DNA of 32,000 bases, taken from the NCBI GenBank assembly GCA_963663995.1, contig OY760660.1, forward strand, positions 60,001 through 92,000. The letters are read 5' to 3'. Positions 7,379-17,297 of this stretch are shown here, piece after piece (positions within the stretch are counted from its first letter, which is position 1; the number at the start of each line of letters is the position of its first letter). Source of the DNA: Erysipelotrichaceae bacterium. GTDB lineage: Bacteria; Bacillota_I; Bacilli_A; Erysipelotrichales; Erysipelotrichaceae. A program made the translations under genes and the position numbers. The notes under the pieces are model-generated. The model worked only from the letters and a program-made list of their open reading frames with translations, ran no database searches and was not told the DNA's origin.

Positions 7379-8299
7379 ATGATATGTGTAGATATGAAGC
7401 ATATATTTATCATTAATCCAATCTCAGGTCATCAAGATGCACTCGATTTAATTCCAAATATCGAGTACTATTTTAAAAAACGACCACATGATTATACGAT
7501 TCATTTAACTCAATATCCTAAACATGCAACTGAACTTGCAGCCCAATATCATAACAGTGATGATGTGACGATATATGCCTGTGGTGGGGATGGAACCATT
7601 AATGAAGTTTATAATGGTTTAGCTCCGGGAATCGCTTTAGGTGTAATTCCTGTTGGAACGGGTAATGATTTTTTTAGGATGATTAATGCTAAAGAAGTCA
7701 AACTAAAAGATATCTTAGTAGCAACGATTGAAGGTAAAGAGACCTATGTTGATGGTGGGATGAGTAATCATGGTGGATTTGTTGAAGCTTTATCAATGGG
7801 TTTTGATGCTGATGTTGCCTTTGATGCAAATCAGATTTCGAGAAATAAATGGATTCCTAATAAATTCGTGTATATGTTAGCTGTTTTTAAAAATATCGTG
7901 AGTCGTAAAGCTTATAAAATGGTGATTGATATCGATGGTCAAACAATTAAAGAAGAACTCTTACTCATTGCTGTCATGAATGGAACAGATTATGGTGGTG
8001 GATTCACACCGACACCAATGGCGGATATGCAAGATGGTTACTTAAATATTTGTATTATTCAAAATGCCAATTTAGCAAAAATTTTAGAGGCTTTACCAAA
8101 ATACCAAAAAGGAACTCACTTAGACTTAGATATTGTTCGTTTTTATAAAGCAAAAACTTTAAAAATTATTTGTGATAATGAAGTACATATCCAACGTGAT
8201 GGTGAATCAAGTGTAGTAAGAGATTTAAATATTTCAGTGGTTGAAAAAGGTATTAAATTAAGAGTGCCTTATTCATCTAAATTAAAGGAGATCAAATGA
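7379..8299 (+). CDS. Diacylglycerol/lipid kinase family protein (DagK/YegS/BmrU type)
   Basis: GGDGTINEV and PVGTGNDF motifs. The likely true start is the ATG at 7394 (MKHIFIINPISG); neither start has a clear RBS. Confidence 0.8.
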   Translation: MICVDMKHIFIINPISGHQDALDLIPNIEYYFKKRPHDYTIHLTQYPKHATELAAQYHNSDDVTIYACGGDGTINEVYNGLAPGIALGVIPVGTGNDFFRMINAKEVKLKDILVATIEGKETYVDGGMSNHGGFVEALSMGFDADVAFDANQISRNKWIPNKFVYMLAVFKNIVSRKAYKMVIDIDGQTIKEELLLIAVMNGTDYGGGFTPTPMADMQDGYLNICIIQNANLAKILEALPKYQKGTHLDLDIVRFYKAKTLKIICDNEVHIQRDGESSVVRDLNISVVEKGIKLRVPYSSKLKEIK

Positions 8300-9129
8300 T
8301 TTTAGAAAATGAAGTTTGTAAAGTAGAAATATCAAATAATGGGGCGGAAATCCATCACTTTATTAATAAGCTTAGTCAAAAAGAGTGGATGTGGGATGGT
8401 GATCCAAAGTTTTGGGACCAACATAATCCAATACTTTTCCCGATTGTTGGTTCTACCTACGATAAAAAGATAAGAATTAATAATGAAATTTATGAAATGG
8501 GAAATCATGGCTTTGCGAGAAGAGCTTTTTTTAAGACAGTTCATGAAAGTGATCTTTCTTGTGAACTCTGTCTTGAATCTGATGCAAAAACACTTAAACA
8601 ATATCCTTTTGAATTTAAACTAAGTGTTCGTTATGATTTACATGAAACGAGTTTAGATATTCGTTATACCATTGAAAATTTATCAAATAAAGATATGCCA
8701 TTCTCTTTTGGTTTACATCCCGCTTTTATGACATCTAGTAATGGTGTTGATGGTAAACAGTTTGTGCTTTTCCCAAACCAAGAAAAAGATTTACCTAAAT
8801 CCATTTTAAATATGCAAACTAACTGCTTAGAATTTAGTGATGAATTTTTTAAAACTACACCAACCTTATTCTTAGAAAATGTCGCATCCCCCTATGTTGT
8901 ATTAGAAGATGGCGACGATACAATGAAGGTAAGTATCATGGGATATAAATATCTCGCATTCTGGAAAAAACCAGAAGCACCATTTTTATGCATTGAACCA
9001 TGGCATGGTCACAGTGATTTTAGTGAAGTCGATTGTGATTTCAAAGATCGTGAAGGAACACTCATTCTAAAACCAAATCGGATTTATACAACTACCCATA
9101 ATTTAGTGGCTGGTGTAAAGGAGAAATAA
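8296..9129 (+). CDS. Aldose 1-epimerase family protein (LacX-like)
   Basis: 277 aa. NPILFPIVGS, FGLHPAF and CIEPWHG motifs. Overlaps the upstream gene by 4 nt. Confidence 0.75.
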   Translation: MILENEVCKVEISNNGAEIHHFINKLSQKEWMWDGDPKFWDQHNPILFPIVGSTYDKKIRINNEIYEMGNHGFARRAFFKTVHESDLSCELCLESDAKTLKQYPFEFKLSVRYDLHETSLDIRYTIENLSNKDMPFSFGLHPAFMTSSNGVDGKQFVLFPNQEKDLPKSILNMQTNCLEFSDEFFKTTPTLFLENVASPYVVLEDGDDTMKVSIMGYKYLAFWKKPEAPFLCIEPWHGHSDFSEVDCDFKDREGTLILKPNRIYTTTHNLVAGVKEK

Positions 9130-9132
9130 TTT

Positions 9133-9855
9133 ATGTTTAAAATTCATGTCTTAAAAAATGTTCAAGAAGTATCTGAAAAAGCAAGTGAGATTGTTTTATC
9201 TATGTTGAAAAGAGACAAAGTTGTTTTAGGTTTACCAACTGGTTCAACCCCTGAAGGGATGTATGCTAAGCTCGTTGAAGCTTATAAAAATGGACAATCT
9301 TTTGCTCATGTGACAACTTTTAATTTAGATGAATATGTAGGCTTAGAAGCTAATCATCCACAGAGTTTTAATTTCTATATGAATGATAAATTCTTCAAAC
9401 ATGTAGATATTGCGAAAGAAAACATTCATATTCCTAGTGGTACAGATCAAATGGAAAATGTTTGTGCTGATTATGAAGCACTGTGTGCTAAGAATCCTCA
9501 AGATTTACAAATCTTAAGTTTGGGTTCAAATGGTCATATTGGTTTTAATGAACCTGGAACATTGTTTGATTCTACGACCCATGTTGTTCGTTTGAAAAAA
9601 CAAACACGCACGGATAATGCACGGCACTTCAATTCATTAGATGAAGTGCCAACCTATGCAATTACGATGGGTATCAAAGATATTTTAAGAGCACGTGAAA
9701 TATTAGTGATTGCGACAGGTGAAAATAAAGCTCAAGCCGTTTATCAAATGATTAAAGGTGTAGCAAATGAAGTTTTCCCATGTTCAGCACTACAAAATCA
9801 TGCTGATGTAGTTGTCTTACTTGATGAAGAGGCGGCATCATTATTAAATGATTAA
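9133..9855 (+). CDS. nagB: Glucosamine-6-phosphate deaminase
   Basis: 240 aa. LGLPTGSTP, FNLDEYVG and GSNGHIGFNEPG motifs. Confidence 0.9.
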   Translation: MFKIHVLKNVQEVSEKASEIVLSMLKRDKVVLGLPTGSTPEGMYAKLVEAYKNGQSFAHVTTFNLDEYVGLEANHPQSFNFYMNDKFFKHVDIAKENIHIPSGTDQMENVCADYEALCAKNPQDLQILSLGSNGHIGFNEPGTLFDSTTHVVRLKKQTRTDNARHFNSLDEVPTYAITMGIKDILRAREILVIATGENKAQAVYQMIKGVANEVFPCSALQNHADVVVLLDEEAASLLND

Positions 9856-10738
9856 ACTAATTATTTCTGATTTAGATGGAACACTACTTAAAAAATTTAA
9901 AACCTTATCAGATGCTAATCGTGAAATGGTTATTAAAGCACAAAAGAGTGGTGTAAAATTTTCAATTGCGACTGGTCGTGGTTTTGATAGTACCCACCAA
10001 TTTATTAAACAACTTAAGTTAGAAGAATATGGTGGCTATATGATTTTAAATAATGGTCAACGTTTTATTAATGTTAAGGAAGATACAGAAGAAGTCACGG
10101 GGCTTATTTCTGTTGAAGATGCGCGAGCAGCGTTTCGCTTTGCGAAAGCTCATGATTTACAAATGGTTATGGATGGAGAAGCTGGGTTAGCTTTCTTCTC
10201 ACCTGAGAAACTCAAAGTTTATCGTGATATTTATTTAGCATTGATCAGAATATTGCCGTATTTCAGTTTTATCTTAAGACGTATTCATGTCTTTGCATTA
10301 TTTGGTTTCTTAAAAACACAAAAAGTTAAAATCATCAATGATGCTGAAGATCTTATTCATGATTACGATAAAATTGGTTTTACCCATTTCAAACACGAGT
10401 TGGATAAATCCACAGATGCTTTAAGGGAAATCTTTAAAGGAAAACTTGAAATTATGCGTGTCTCAGATAATTGGCTAGATATTTCGCCTAAAGGAATTAC
10501 CAAATTAGTTGGGATCAAGAAATTGATGGAACTTGAAGGAATTCAAGATGATGAGGTTTTGGTTTTAGGAGATAGTGAAAATGATGCGACCATGCTTTCT
10601 TATTTCAAAAATAGCGTAGCGATGGGGAATGCATCTGATCGAATTAAGTCGTTAGCGAACTATACAACCGTGAGCAATAAAGAAGACGGTGTAGCGAAAG
10701 CGATACAAAAATTTGTGTTTGATGAGCAAAATAGATGA
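9848..10738 (+). CDS. Cof-type HAD-IIB phosphatase
   Basis: N-terminal DLDGTLL, C-terminal GDSENDATM and VAMGNA motifs. Overlaps nagB by 8 nt. Confidence 0.8.
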   Translation: MIKLIISDLDGTLLKKFKTLSDANREMVIKAQKSGVKFSIATGRGFDSTHQFIKQLKLEEYGGYMILNNGQRFINVKEDTEEVTGLISVEDARAAFRFAKAHDLQMVMDGEAGLAFFSPEKLKVYRDIYLALIRILPYFSFILRRIHVFALFGFLKTQKVKIINDAEDLIHDYDKIGFTHFKHELDKSTDALREIFKGKLEIMRVSDNWLDISPKGITKLVGIKKLMELEGIQDDEVLVLGDSENDATMLSYFKNSVAMGNASDRIKSLANYTTVSNKEDGVAKAIQKFVFDEQNR

Positions 10739-10790
10739 AAATCGTTTAAGATATTGTTAAAGTTGATGCGAACAAGGAGAATATATTAAT

Positions 10791-11099
10791 ATGAAACAAG
10801 TTACAGAAAAAGAATTTAATGAAATTGTTAAAAAGGGAACAGTCTTAGTTGATTTCTCAGCTGAATGGTGTGGACCATGTAAGATGATTGCACCTGTCTT
10901 AGAACAACTTTCAAGTGAATATGAAGGCAAAGTTAAAATCATCACTGTTGACGTTGATCAAGAAAATGATCTCGCAATGAAGTTTTCAATTATGTCTATC
11001 CCAACATTGATGTTATTTAAAGATGGTGAAAATGTGGGTCAAGTAGTTGGTTTCCAATCAAAACCAATGTTGGAAAAATTTATTCAACGCGGTCTATAA
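10791..11099 (+). CDS. trxA: Thioredoxin
   Basis: 102 aa with the canonical WCGPCK active site and the SIPTLMLFKDG motif. RBS AAGGAGA. Confidence 0.92.
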   Translation: MKQVTEKEFNEIVKKGTVLVDFSAEWCGPCKMIAPVLEQLSSEYEGKVKIITVDVDQENDLAMKFSIMSIPTLMLFKDGENVGQVVGFQSKPMLEKFIQRGL

Positions 11100-11124
11100 T
11101 TCATTAATAATTATTAATTTTAAG

Positions 11125-11157
11125 AGAACAAAATCATTTGGTTTTGTTCTTTTTTAT
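11125..11157 (+). terminator. Intrinsic terminator after trxA
   Basis: AGAACAAAA-tcatttgg-TTTTGTTCT followed by a T-run. Confidence 0.8.
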
Positions 11158-11249
11158 TTAATTCACATGTTTTATTTGTATGAATTAAAGGAATAAAAAA
11201 TAATAAGTTAAATTGTTATATATTTTTAGTAAAAATGATTGTTAATGTA

Positions 11250-11277
11250 TTGCATTTTTTTGACGTTTGTTTATAAT
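11250..11277 (+). promoter_or_regulatory. Candidate sigma-A promoter of the regulator-pot operon
   Basis: TTGCAT (11250-11255), 16-nt spacer, TATAAT (11272-11277). Confidence 0.55.
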
Positions 11278-11285
11278 TATTTTTG

Positions 11286-11321
11286 TTTGTTTTATAAACA
11301 AAAAGTTTAGTAAAACTAAAC
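11286..11321. promoter_or_regulatory. Two adjacent 17-bp palindromes between promoter and RBS, candidate operators or 5'-UTR hairpins
   Basis: TTTGTTT-TAT-AAACAAA (11286-11302) and GTTTAGT-AAA-ACTAAAC (11305-11321), each with perfect 7-bp arms. Confidence 0.5.
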
Positions 11322-11336
11322 AAGAGGAGTAAGCTT

Positions 11337-11870
11337 ATGGATATCGGCCAACGCATTAAACGTTTTCGTATACAGAACGAACTCACCCTTGAAGAACTGG
11401 CATCACGTACAGAACTGTCAAAGGGTTTTTTATCTCAGTTAGAAAGAGATTTAACGGCACCATCTATTCAAACACTAAGTGATATTACCGAAGCTTTGGG
11501 GATGGATTTAGCGCAGTTTTTCTCAGAAGAAAAAAACGATAAGATTGTGTTTACTCAAAATGATTATTTTATTGATCAACGAGATGGATACAGGATTGAA
11601 TATATCGTGCCAAATGCACAGAAAAATGATATGGAACCAATCATGTTAGAGATTGATGCACATAGCTCATCTCAAACATTAGTGCCACATAATGGTGAGG
11701 AATTCGGCTATGTTTTAAATGGCAAGATAACATTAGTCAATGGTAAGAAAAAACATATTATAAAAAAAGGTCAGACATTCTATTTAAAAGGCTCTTATAG
11801 TCATACACTAGTAAACAACACCAACAGTCCAGCGAAAGTATTATGGATTTGTACCCCACCAACATTTTAG
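11337..11870 (+). CDS. XRE-family HTH regulator with a C-terminal cupin domain (PuuR-like architecture)
   Basis: The N-terminus (IKRFRIQNELTLEELASRTELSKGFLSQLERD) is a Cro/C1 HTH. The C-terminal half (GEEFGYVLNGKITL...GQTFYL) looks like a cupin. The stop lies 9 nt before potA. Confidence 0.8.
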   Translation: MDIGQRIKRFRIQNELTLEELASRTELSKGFLSQLERDLTAPSIQTLSDITEALGMDLAQFFSEEKNDKIVFTQNDYFIDQRDGYRIEYIVPNAQKNDMEPIMLEIDAHSSSQTLVPHNGEEFGYVLNGKITLVNGKKKHIIKKGQTFYLKGSYSHTLVNNTNSPAKVLWICTPPTF

Positions 11871-11879
11871 GAGAGAGAT

Positions 11880-12923
11880 ATGCGTAAACTCATTGAATTT
11901 AAAAACATTGTAAAAACCTTTGATGACCAACTGGTTTTAAAAGGCATTAATCTAAGTATTGATGAAAATGAATTTGTCACATTACTAGGACCTTCAGGTT
12001 GCGGTAAAACAACTCTATTACGTATATTAGGTGGTTTTGTTGAACAAAGCGAAGGTGAAGTTTATTTTGGGGATATTGAGATTTCAAATGTTCCTCCTTA
12101 TAAACGTGAAATTAATACTGTTTTTCAAAGATATGCATTATTTCCACATATGAATGTTTTTGATAATGTTGCGTTTGGCTTAAGAATTAAAAAACTTGAT
12201 AAAGATATTATTAAACAAAAAGTAGAACGTATGTTAAAGATGGTTGGTTTAAGTGGATTTGGAGATCGACCAGTTACATTATTATCAGGTGGTCAACAAC
12301 AACGTGTTGCGATTGCAAGAGCTTTAGTTAATGAACCAATGGTATTACTTCTTGATGAACCTTTAGGGGCATTAGATTTAAAACTTCGTAAAGAGATGCA
12401 ATTAGAATTAAAGAAAATTCAAAAAGAAGTTGGCATTACCTTTATTTATGTCACTCATGATCAAGAAGAAGCTTTGACCATGTCAGATAAAATAGTCGTT
12501 TTAAATAACGGTGAAATTCAACAAATTGGATCACCTACTGATATCTATAATGAACCAGAGAATCGATTTGTTGCTAATTTTATTGGTGAATCAAATATTG
12601 TTGATGCGGTGATGGTTGAAGATTATAAAGTTGAATTCTGTAATACACAATTTGAATGTGTAGATTATGGTTTCAATGAGAATGAAGAAGTTGATGTGGT
12701 GATTCGACCAGAAGATATTGATATTGTAAAACCAGAAATGGGCAAGATGATTGGACGAGTTCAATCAATATTATTCAAAGGCGTACATTTTGAGATTGTG
12801 GTAAAAACTCAAGATCGTGAATGGATTGTTCATACAACGGATAAAAGTGAAGTCGATGCAGAGGTAGGTTTACATTTCTTCCCTGAAGATATACATATTA
12901 TGTACAAATTGGGGACTTATTGA
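11880..12923 (+). CDS. potA: Spermidine/putrescine ABC transporter ATP-binding protein
   Basis: Walker [10 protein letters not shown], signature LSGGQQQR, Walker [12 protein letters not shown], and a PotA-type C-terminal regulatory domain. Confidence 0.9.
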   Translation: MRKLIEFKNIVKTFDDQLVLKGINLSIDENEFVTLLGPSGCGKTTLLRILGGFVEQSEGEVYFGDIEISNVPPYKREINTVFQRYALFPHMNVFDNVAFGLRIKKLDKDIIKQKVERMLKMVGLSGFGDRPVTLLSGGQQQRVAIARALVNEPMVLLLDEPLGALDLKLRKEMQLELKKIQKEVGITFIYVTHDQEEALTMSDKIVVLNNGEIQQIGSPTDIYNEPENRFVANFIGESNIVDAVMVEDYKVEFCNTQFECVDYGFNENEEVDVVIRPEDIDIVKPEMGKMIGRVQSILFKGVHFEIVVKTQDREWIVHTTDKSEVDAEVGLHFFPEDIHIMYKLGTY

Positions 12924-13774
12924 TGAAGAATTTTGCACAACTTACACGTCCTTATTTAGTTTGGATGTCACTCTTTATTGTTGTGCCGATGTTGCTTATC
13001 CTTCTTTATGCAGTGACGGAAGGAGGTAACTCGGTTATGACTGTTCAATTCACTTTGAACAATTTCATCCGATTCTTCGACCCAGTTTTTATTAAAGTCT
13101 TATTAAAATCATTGCAGATTGCACTTATTACTACGATTATTTCAATTCTAGTTGGTTATCCAATTGCTTATGTCATTGCGAATATGGGTGAGCGATATCA
13201 AAACTTATTTATTCTTTTGATTACTTTACCAATGTGGATCAATATGTTGGTAAGAACGTATGCATGGATATCTATCCTTAGTGATAATGGGTTGATTAAT
13301 TCATTACTTGAATACTTAGGTCTTCCAACAGTGAATATGATGTATACCGATTTTGCGGTTATCTTAGGGATGGTCTATAACTTTCTACCGTTTATGATTC
13401 TTCAAATCTATACGGTCTTAGCTAAACTTGATAAAGCTTTGATTCAAGCTTCTTATGATTTAGGAGCGAATCGTTTTCAAACCTTTAGACGAGTTGTCTT
13501 ACCTTTATCTATTCCTGGTGTTATATCTGGGATTACGCTTGTTTTCTTACCAGCTGTATCGACCTTTGTTATTCCTAAATTCTTAGGGGGTGGTCAATAC
13601 ATGTTGATTGGTAATTTGATTGAAAATCAATTTATCACTGTTGGTGAATGGAATTTTGGGTCTGCGATATCACTAATCATGGCGATGATCATTATGGGTG
13701 GTATGGTACTGACACGTAAAATAGATAAAGATGCTTCCGATGTGGTAGCAACAGATGGAGGTCGCTCATGGTAG
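12920..13774 (+). CDS. potB: Spermidine/putrescine ABC transporter permease
   Basis: 284-aa six-TM-type permease. Overlaps potA by 4 nt. Assignment rests on operon context. Confidence 0.85.
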   Translation: MMKNFAQLTRPYLVWMSLFIVVPMLLILLYAVTEGGNSVMTVQFTLNNFIRFFDPVFIKVLLKSLQIALITTIISILVGYPIAYVIANMGERYQNLFILLITLPMWINMLVRTYAWISILSDNGLINSLLEYLGLPTVNMMYTDFAVILGMVYNFLPFMILQIYTVLAKLDKALIQASYDLGANRFQTFRRVVLPLSIPGVISGITLVFLPAVSTFVIPKFLGGGQYMLIGNLIENQFITVGEWNFGSAISLIMAMIIMGGMVLTRKIDKDASDVVATDGGRSW

Positions 13775-14568
13775 GTGTCAAAAAACACTGGGGTTTGACC
13801 TTTGTATTAATTGCGGTGATGTTGATTTTCTTCTATCTCCCAATTCTTAGTTTGATGGTGTTCTCTTTTAATGATTCGAGATCTTTGACGCACTGGACTG
13901 GTTTTTCCTTCATGTGGTATCAAGAACTCTTTGATTCAAGAGAGATGATGAAGGCTGTTACTACGACCTTCAGTATAGCTTTGTTATCAACACTTGTTTC
14001 AACAGTTGTTGGTACATTAACTGCCATAGGTGTGTCTAAATCAAAACGTTTGGTGAAAGAACTCATCCTCAATGTGAACAATCTACCGATTTTAAATCCA
14101 GATATTGTCACAGCGATTGGTTTGATGTTACTTTATACCACTCTTAACATTGATAAAGGCTATATCACGATGTTGATTGCGCATATTGCGTTTAGTACAC
14201 CTTATGTGATTCTAACGGTCTTACCACGTTTAAGACGTTTGGATCCTGATTTAGCCGAAGCAGCACTTGATTTAGGTTGTAAACCATTAAGTGCGCTAGT
14301 AAAAGTTATCGTTCCGCTGATTATGCCAGGTATTATTTCGGGTGCACTCATTGCGTTTACGATGTCATTTGATGACTTTGTGATTTCGTATTTTGTTACG
14401 GGTAATGGGGTTAAGAATATCTCCATACTTGTCTATACTATGAGCAAACGAATCAATCCTACGATCAATGCACTTTCAACCATACTGGTGGTCATTATCA
14501 CCGTAATCTTATTGATCGTAAATTTATACCCCATTCTAAAGAAAGGTCAATCAAAGGTGATGGAATGA
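13768..14568 (+). CDS. potC: Spermidine/putrescine ABC transporter permease
   Basis: 266-aa permease. Overlaps potB by 7 nt and potD by 4 nt. Confidence 0.85.
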   Translation: MVGVKKHWGLTFVLIAVMLIFFYLPILSLMVFSFNDSRSLTHWTGFSFMWYQELFDSREMMKAVTTTFSIALLSTLVSTVVGTLTAIGVSKSKRLVKELILNVNNLPILNPDIVTAIGLMLLYTTLNIDKGYITMLIAHIAFSTPYVILTVLPRLRRLDPDLAEAALDLGCKPLSALVKVIVPLIMPGIISGALIAFTMSFDDFVISYFVTGNGVKNISILVYTMSKRINPTINALSTILVVIITVILLIVNLYPILKKGQSKVME

Positions 14569-15602
14569 AAAAATTATTTGTAGCATTAACATTATTGGTA
14601 AGTTTAGCAGCTTGCTCAAGCGCAGAAGAAACAGAAACACTTAAAGTGTTTAACTGGGGAGTCTACATTGATGAAAGCTTAACCGCTGAATTCGAAGATA
14701 CGTATAACGTCAATGTTATTTACGAAGAATTCGACTCCAACGAATCCATGTATACAAAATTATTAAGTGGAGAAAGTTATGATGTGCTTTATCCAAGTGA
14801 TTACATGGTTCAAAGACTTATCGAGGAAGGTTTACTACAAAAACTCGAAGAAGAAACAATGACAGGATTAGAAAGTGATTTAGACTTTGTATTAGGTCTA
14901 GATTATGATCCTCAAAATGAATACTCTGTTCCTTATTTCTGGGGCAATGTCGGCTTAATCTATGACACAACCTTGGTCGATAGTGTTGATGTTGAAACAG
15001 AAGGCTGGAATGTTTTAAAAAATGAGAAATATGCAGGTAATCTTTACTTTTATGATTCAGAGCGTGATGCCTTCATGGTGGCTTTAAAAGCACTAGGTTA
15101 CTCAACCAATACATCAAATGATGATGAACTTAATGCAGCATTTGAATGGTTAACTGAACTTAATTCAACAATGAGTCCTGTTTATGTAACAGATGATGTA
15201 ATTGACAACATGATTGCTGGAAACAAAGCTTTAGCGGTTGTTTACTCAGGTGATGCAGCATATATCTTAGATGAAAATGAAAACATGGCTTATTTTGCAC
15301 CAACTGAAGGGACAAACATTTGGGTTGATTCGATGGTTATCCCTGCAGATGCACCTAATCCAAGCTTAGCTAATGAGTGGATTCGCTTTATGATGAGTGA
15401 AGAAGCTATGGTTGCGAATACCTTAGAAGTGGGCTATACAACGGTAAGAAGCGATGTCTATGAAGACATGATTGCGAATGATTATGAAGGCAATGTCGCT
15501 TACGAAGTGCGTATGGATTATTCACTTGATGAAGTCTTCGTTTATGACGAAGCATTAAAATTAAAAACCAGTGATCTATGGGTTAAAGTTAAAGCCCAAT
15601 AG
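14565..15602 (+). CDS. potD: Spermidine/putrescine-binding lipoprotein, copy 1
   Basis: Lipobox LAAC at the N-terminus. Family-typical LKVFNWGVYID and VPYFWGNVG motifs. Confidence 0.88.
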   Translation: MKKLFVALTLLVSLAACSSAEETETLKVFNWGVYIDESLTAEFEDTYNVNVIYEEFDSNESMYTKLLSGESYDVLYPSDYMVQRLIEEGLLQKLEEETMTGLESDLDFVLGLDYDPQNEYSVPYFWGNVGLIYDTTLVDSVDVETEGWNVLKNEKYAGNLYFYDSERDAFMVALKALGYSTNTSNDDELNAAFEWLTELNSTMSPVYVTDDVIDNMIAGNKALAVVYSGDAAYILDENENMAYFAPTEGTNIWVDSMVIPADAPNPSLANEWIRFMMSEEAMVANTLEVGYTTVRSDVYEDMIANDYEGNVAYEVRMDYSLDEVFVYDEALKLKTSDLWVKVKAQ

Positions 15603-15623
15603 AAACAAATTAAAAGGAGATCT

Positions 15624-16670
15624 ATGAAAAAATTGTTGTTAACCGTAGCGGTTTTCAGCCTGGTACTAAGCGGATGTTCAACATCTAGCGACAAACAAGT
15701 TTTAAAAGTTTATAACTGGGGTGAATATATCGATCCTGATATGATCACCGAATTTGAAGATTTATACAATGCTGAGGTTATTTATGAAACCTATGACAGC
15801 AACGAACTCATGTACACCAAATTAGAAGGTGGTGAGACCTACGATATTTTGATTCCGACGGACCATATGGTTGAGCGCTTAATCAAAGAAGAAAAGGTAC
15901 AAGCTTTGGACTTAAGTTTAATTCCAAACTTAGAAAATATCTTCCCAGATCTCCTTAATCGTCCTTTCGATCCAAACAATGTTTATTCAGTTCCTTATTT
16001 TTGGGGCAACATTGGCATTATCTACAATAAAAACAATGTAGATATTGCGGATTTAGAAGCTGAAGGATGGAACGTATTATTAAATACAAAGTATACCGAT
16101 CAAATTTATATTTATGATTCAGCTCGTGATGCCTTCATGTTAGCTGAAAAAGCTTTAGGTTATTCTGTTAATACCACCGATGACGCTGAAATTGAAGCTG
16201 CTTTTGAATGGTTAAAAACAGTTGATCAAACAACTCGTCCTATTTATATTGATGAAACCATTATTGATTCTATGATTAATGAACAAAAAGATATCGCGGT
16301 TGATTTCTCTGGAGATGCTGCTTATATCCTAAGTCAAAATGAAAACATGGGTTTCTTTGTTCCTGCTGAAGGTACAAATGTATGGTTGGATAATATGGTT
16401 ATTCCTAGTGATGCTGAAAATGTAGAATTAGCTCATGCTTGGATTAACTTTATGTTAGAGAATGATGTTGCTGAAAAGAATACAATTTATGTTGGTTATA
16501 CATCACCGGTAATCGAAGCATACAGAGCTGTTACAAGTGATGGTGGCGATTATTATTTAAACCCAGCTTATACTCCTCGTATGGACAATTCAAATGATGA
16601 AGTCTATGTCTATGATGACGCTTTAAAATCAATCTTAGCGGATAAATGGACACGCGTAAAAGCTGAGTAA
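15624..16670 (+). CDS. potD: Spermidine/putrescine-binding lipoprotein, tandem paralogue (copy 2)
   Basis: Lipobox LSGC. Collinear with copy 1 over its full length and clearly homologous by eye (LKVYNWGEYID, VPYFWGNIG). Has its own RBS AAGGAGA. Confidence 0.85.
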   Translation: MKKLLLTVAVFSLVLSGCSTSSDKQVLKVYNWGEYIDPDMITEFEDLYNAEVIYETYDSNELMYTKLEGGETYDILIPTDHMVERLIKEEKVQALDLSLIPNLENIFPDLLNRPFDPNNVYSVPYFWGNIGIIYNKNNVDIADLEAEGWNVLLNTKYTDQIYIYDSARDAFMLAEKALGYSVNTTDDAEIEAAFEWLKTVDQTTRPIYIDETIIDSMINEQKDIAVDFSGDAAYILSQNENMGFFVPAEGTNVWLDNMVIPSDAENVELAHAWINFMLENDVAEKNTIYVGYTSPVIEAYRAVTSDGGDYYLNPAYTPRMDNSNDEVYVYDDALKSILADKWTRVKAE

Positions 16671-16675
16671 AAAGA

Positions 16676-16698
16676 AAACGGATTTATCCGTTTTTTTT
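16676..16698 (+). terminator. Intrinsic terminator after the pot operon
   Basis: AAACGGA-ttta-TCCGTTT followed by a T-run. Confidence 0.8.
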
Positions 16699-16699
16699 A

Positions 16700-16727
16700 T
16701 TGCATTTTTTTATCTCTTTGCTATAAT
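16700..16727 (+). promoter_or_regulatory. Candidate sigma-A promoter of the tRNA cluster
   Basis: TTGCAT (16700-16705), 16-nt spacer ending in TGC (extended -10), TATAAT (16722-16727). It sits about 20 nt upstream of the first tRNA. Confidence 0.65.
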
Positions 16728-16746
16728 AGAAAAGCACCGTTAGAAC

Positions 16747-16820
16747 GGTTCCTTAGCCAAGTGGTAAGGCAATAGACTGCAACTCTGTGATCGTCGGTTC
16801 AAATCCGACAGGAACCTCCA
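16747..16820 (+). tRNA. tRNA-Cys (GCA)
   Basis: Acceptor stem GGTTCCT/AGGAACC, anticodon loop CT-GCA-A, GGTTCAAATCC T-arm, encoded CCA. Confidence 0.9.
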
Positions 16821-16823
16821 GCT

Positions 16824-16910
16824 GGGGATGTGGCGGAATAGGCAGACGCAACGGACTTAAAATCCGTTGATGGCAACATCGTGTGGGTTCAAGTCCCACC
16901 ATCCCCACCA
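16824..16910 (+). tRNA. tRNA-Leu (TAA)
   Basis: Acceptor stem GGGGATG/CATCCCC, anticodon loop CT-TAA-AA, long variable arm, encoded CCA. Confidence 0.9.
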
Positions 16911-16950
16911 GCCTATTATTTTATTTTAAGGATACGTATAGCGGTTGTAT

Positions 16951-17027
<77 letters not shown>

Positions 17028-17037
17028 TTTTATTTTT

Positions 17038-17114
17038 CGGGATGTAGCACAGCTTGGTAGTGCACTTGATTTGGGATCAAGGGGTCGCAGGTTCAAATCC
17101 TGTCATCCCGACCA
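17038..17114 (+). tRNA. tRNA-Pro (TGG)
   Basis: Acceptor stem CGGGATG/CATCCCG, anticodon loop TT-TGG-GA, encoded CCA. Confidence 0.9.
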
Positions 17115-17128
17115 GTATTAATATTGAT

Positions 17129-17205
17129 GGCGGGGTAGCTCAGTTGGCTAGAGCAATCGGTTCATACCCGGTCGGTCGTGAGTTCGAGTCTCACTCCCGC
17201 TACCA
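17129..17205 (+). tRNA. Elongator tRNA-Met (CAT)
   Basis: GGCGGGGTAGCTCAGTTGGCTAGAGC...CGGTTCATACCCG resembles Bacillus elongator tRNA-Met. It lacks the three G-C pairs of an initiator anticodon stem. Encoded CCA. Confidence 0.8.
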
Positions 17206-17211
17206 ATTGTC

Positions 17212-17288
17212 GGACCCTTAGCTCAGTTGGTTAGAGCTACCGGCTCATAACCGGCAGGTCGTAGGTTCGAGTCCTACAGGGTCCACCA
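17212..17288 (+). tRNA. tRNA-Ile2 (CAT, presumably lysidine-modified)
   Basis: GGACCCTTAGCTCAGTTGGTTAGAGC...GGCTCATAACC...GGTCGTAGGTTCGAGTCCTAC closely resembles Bacillus tRNA-Ile(CAU). Encoded CCA. Confidence 0.75.
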
Positions 17289-17297
17289 CTTTAAAAC

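Noticed and set aside
10230-10320. Hydrophobic or amphipathic stretch (YLALIRILPYFSFILRRIHVFALFGFL) inside the cap region of the Cof-type HAD phosphatase
   Set aside because: It could be an unusual membrane-association insert. Without a family alignment I cannot tell whether it is an insertion or a normal cap-domain variant, so it is not strong enough to report.
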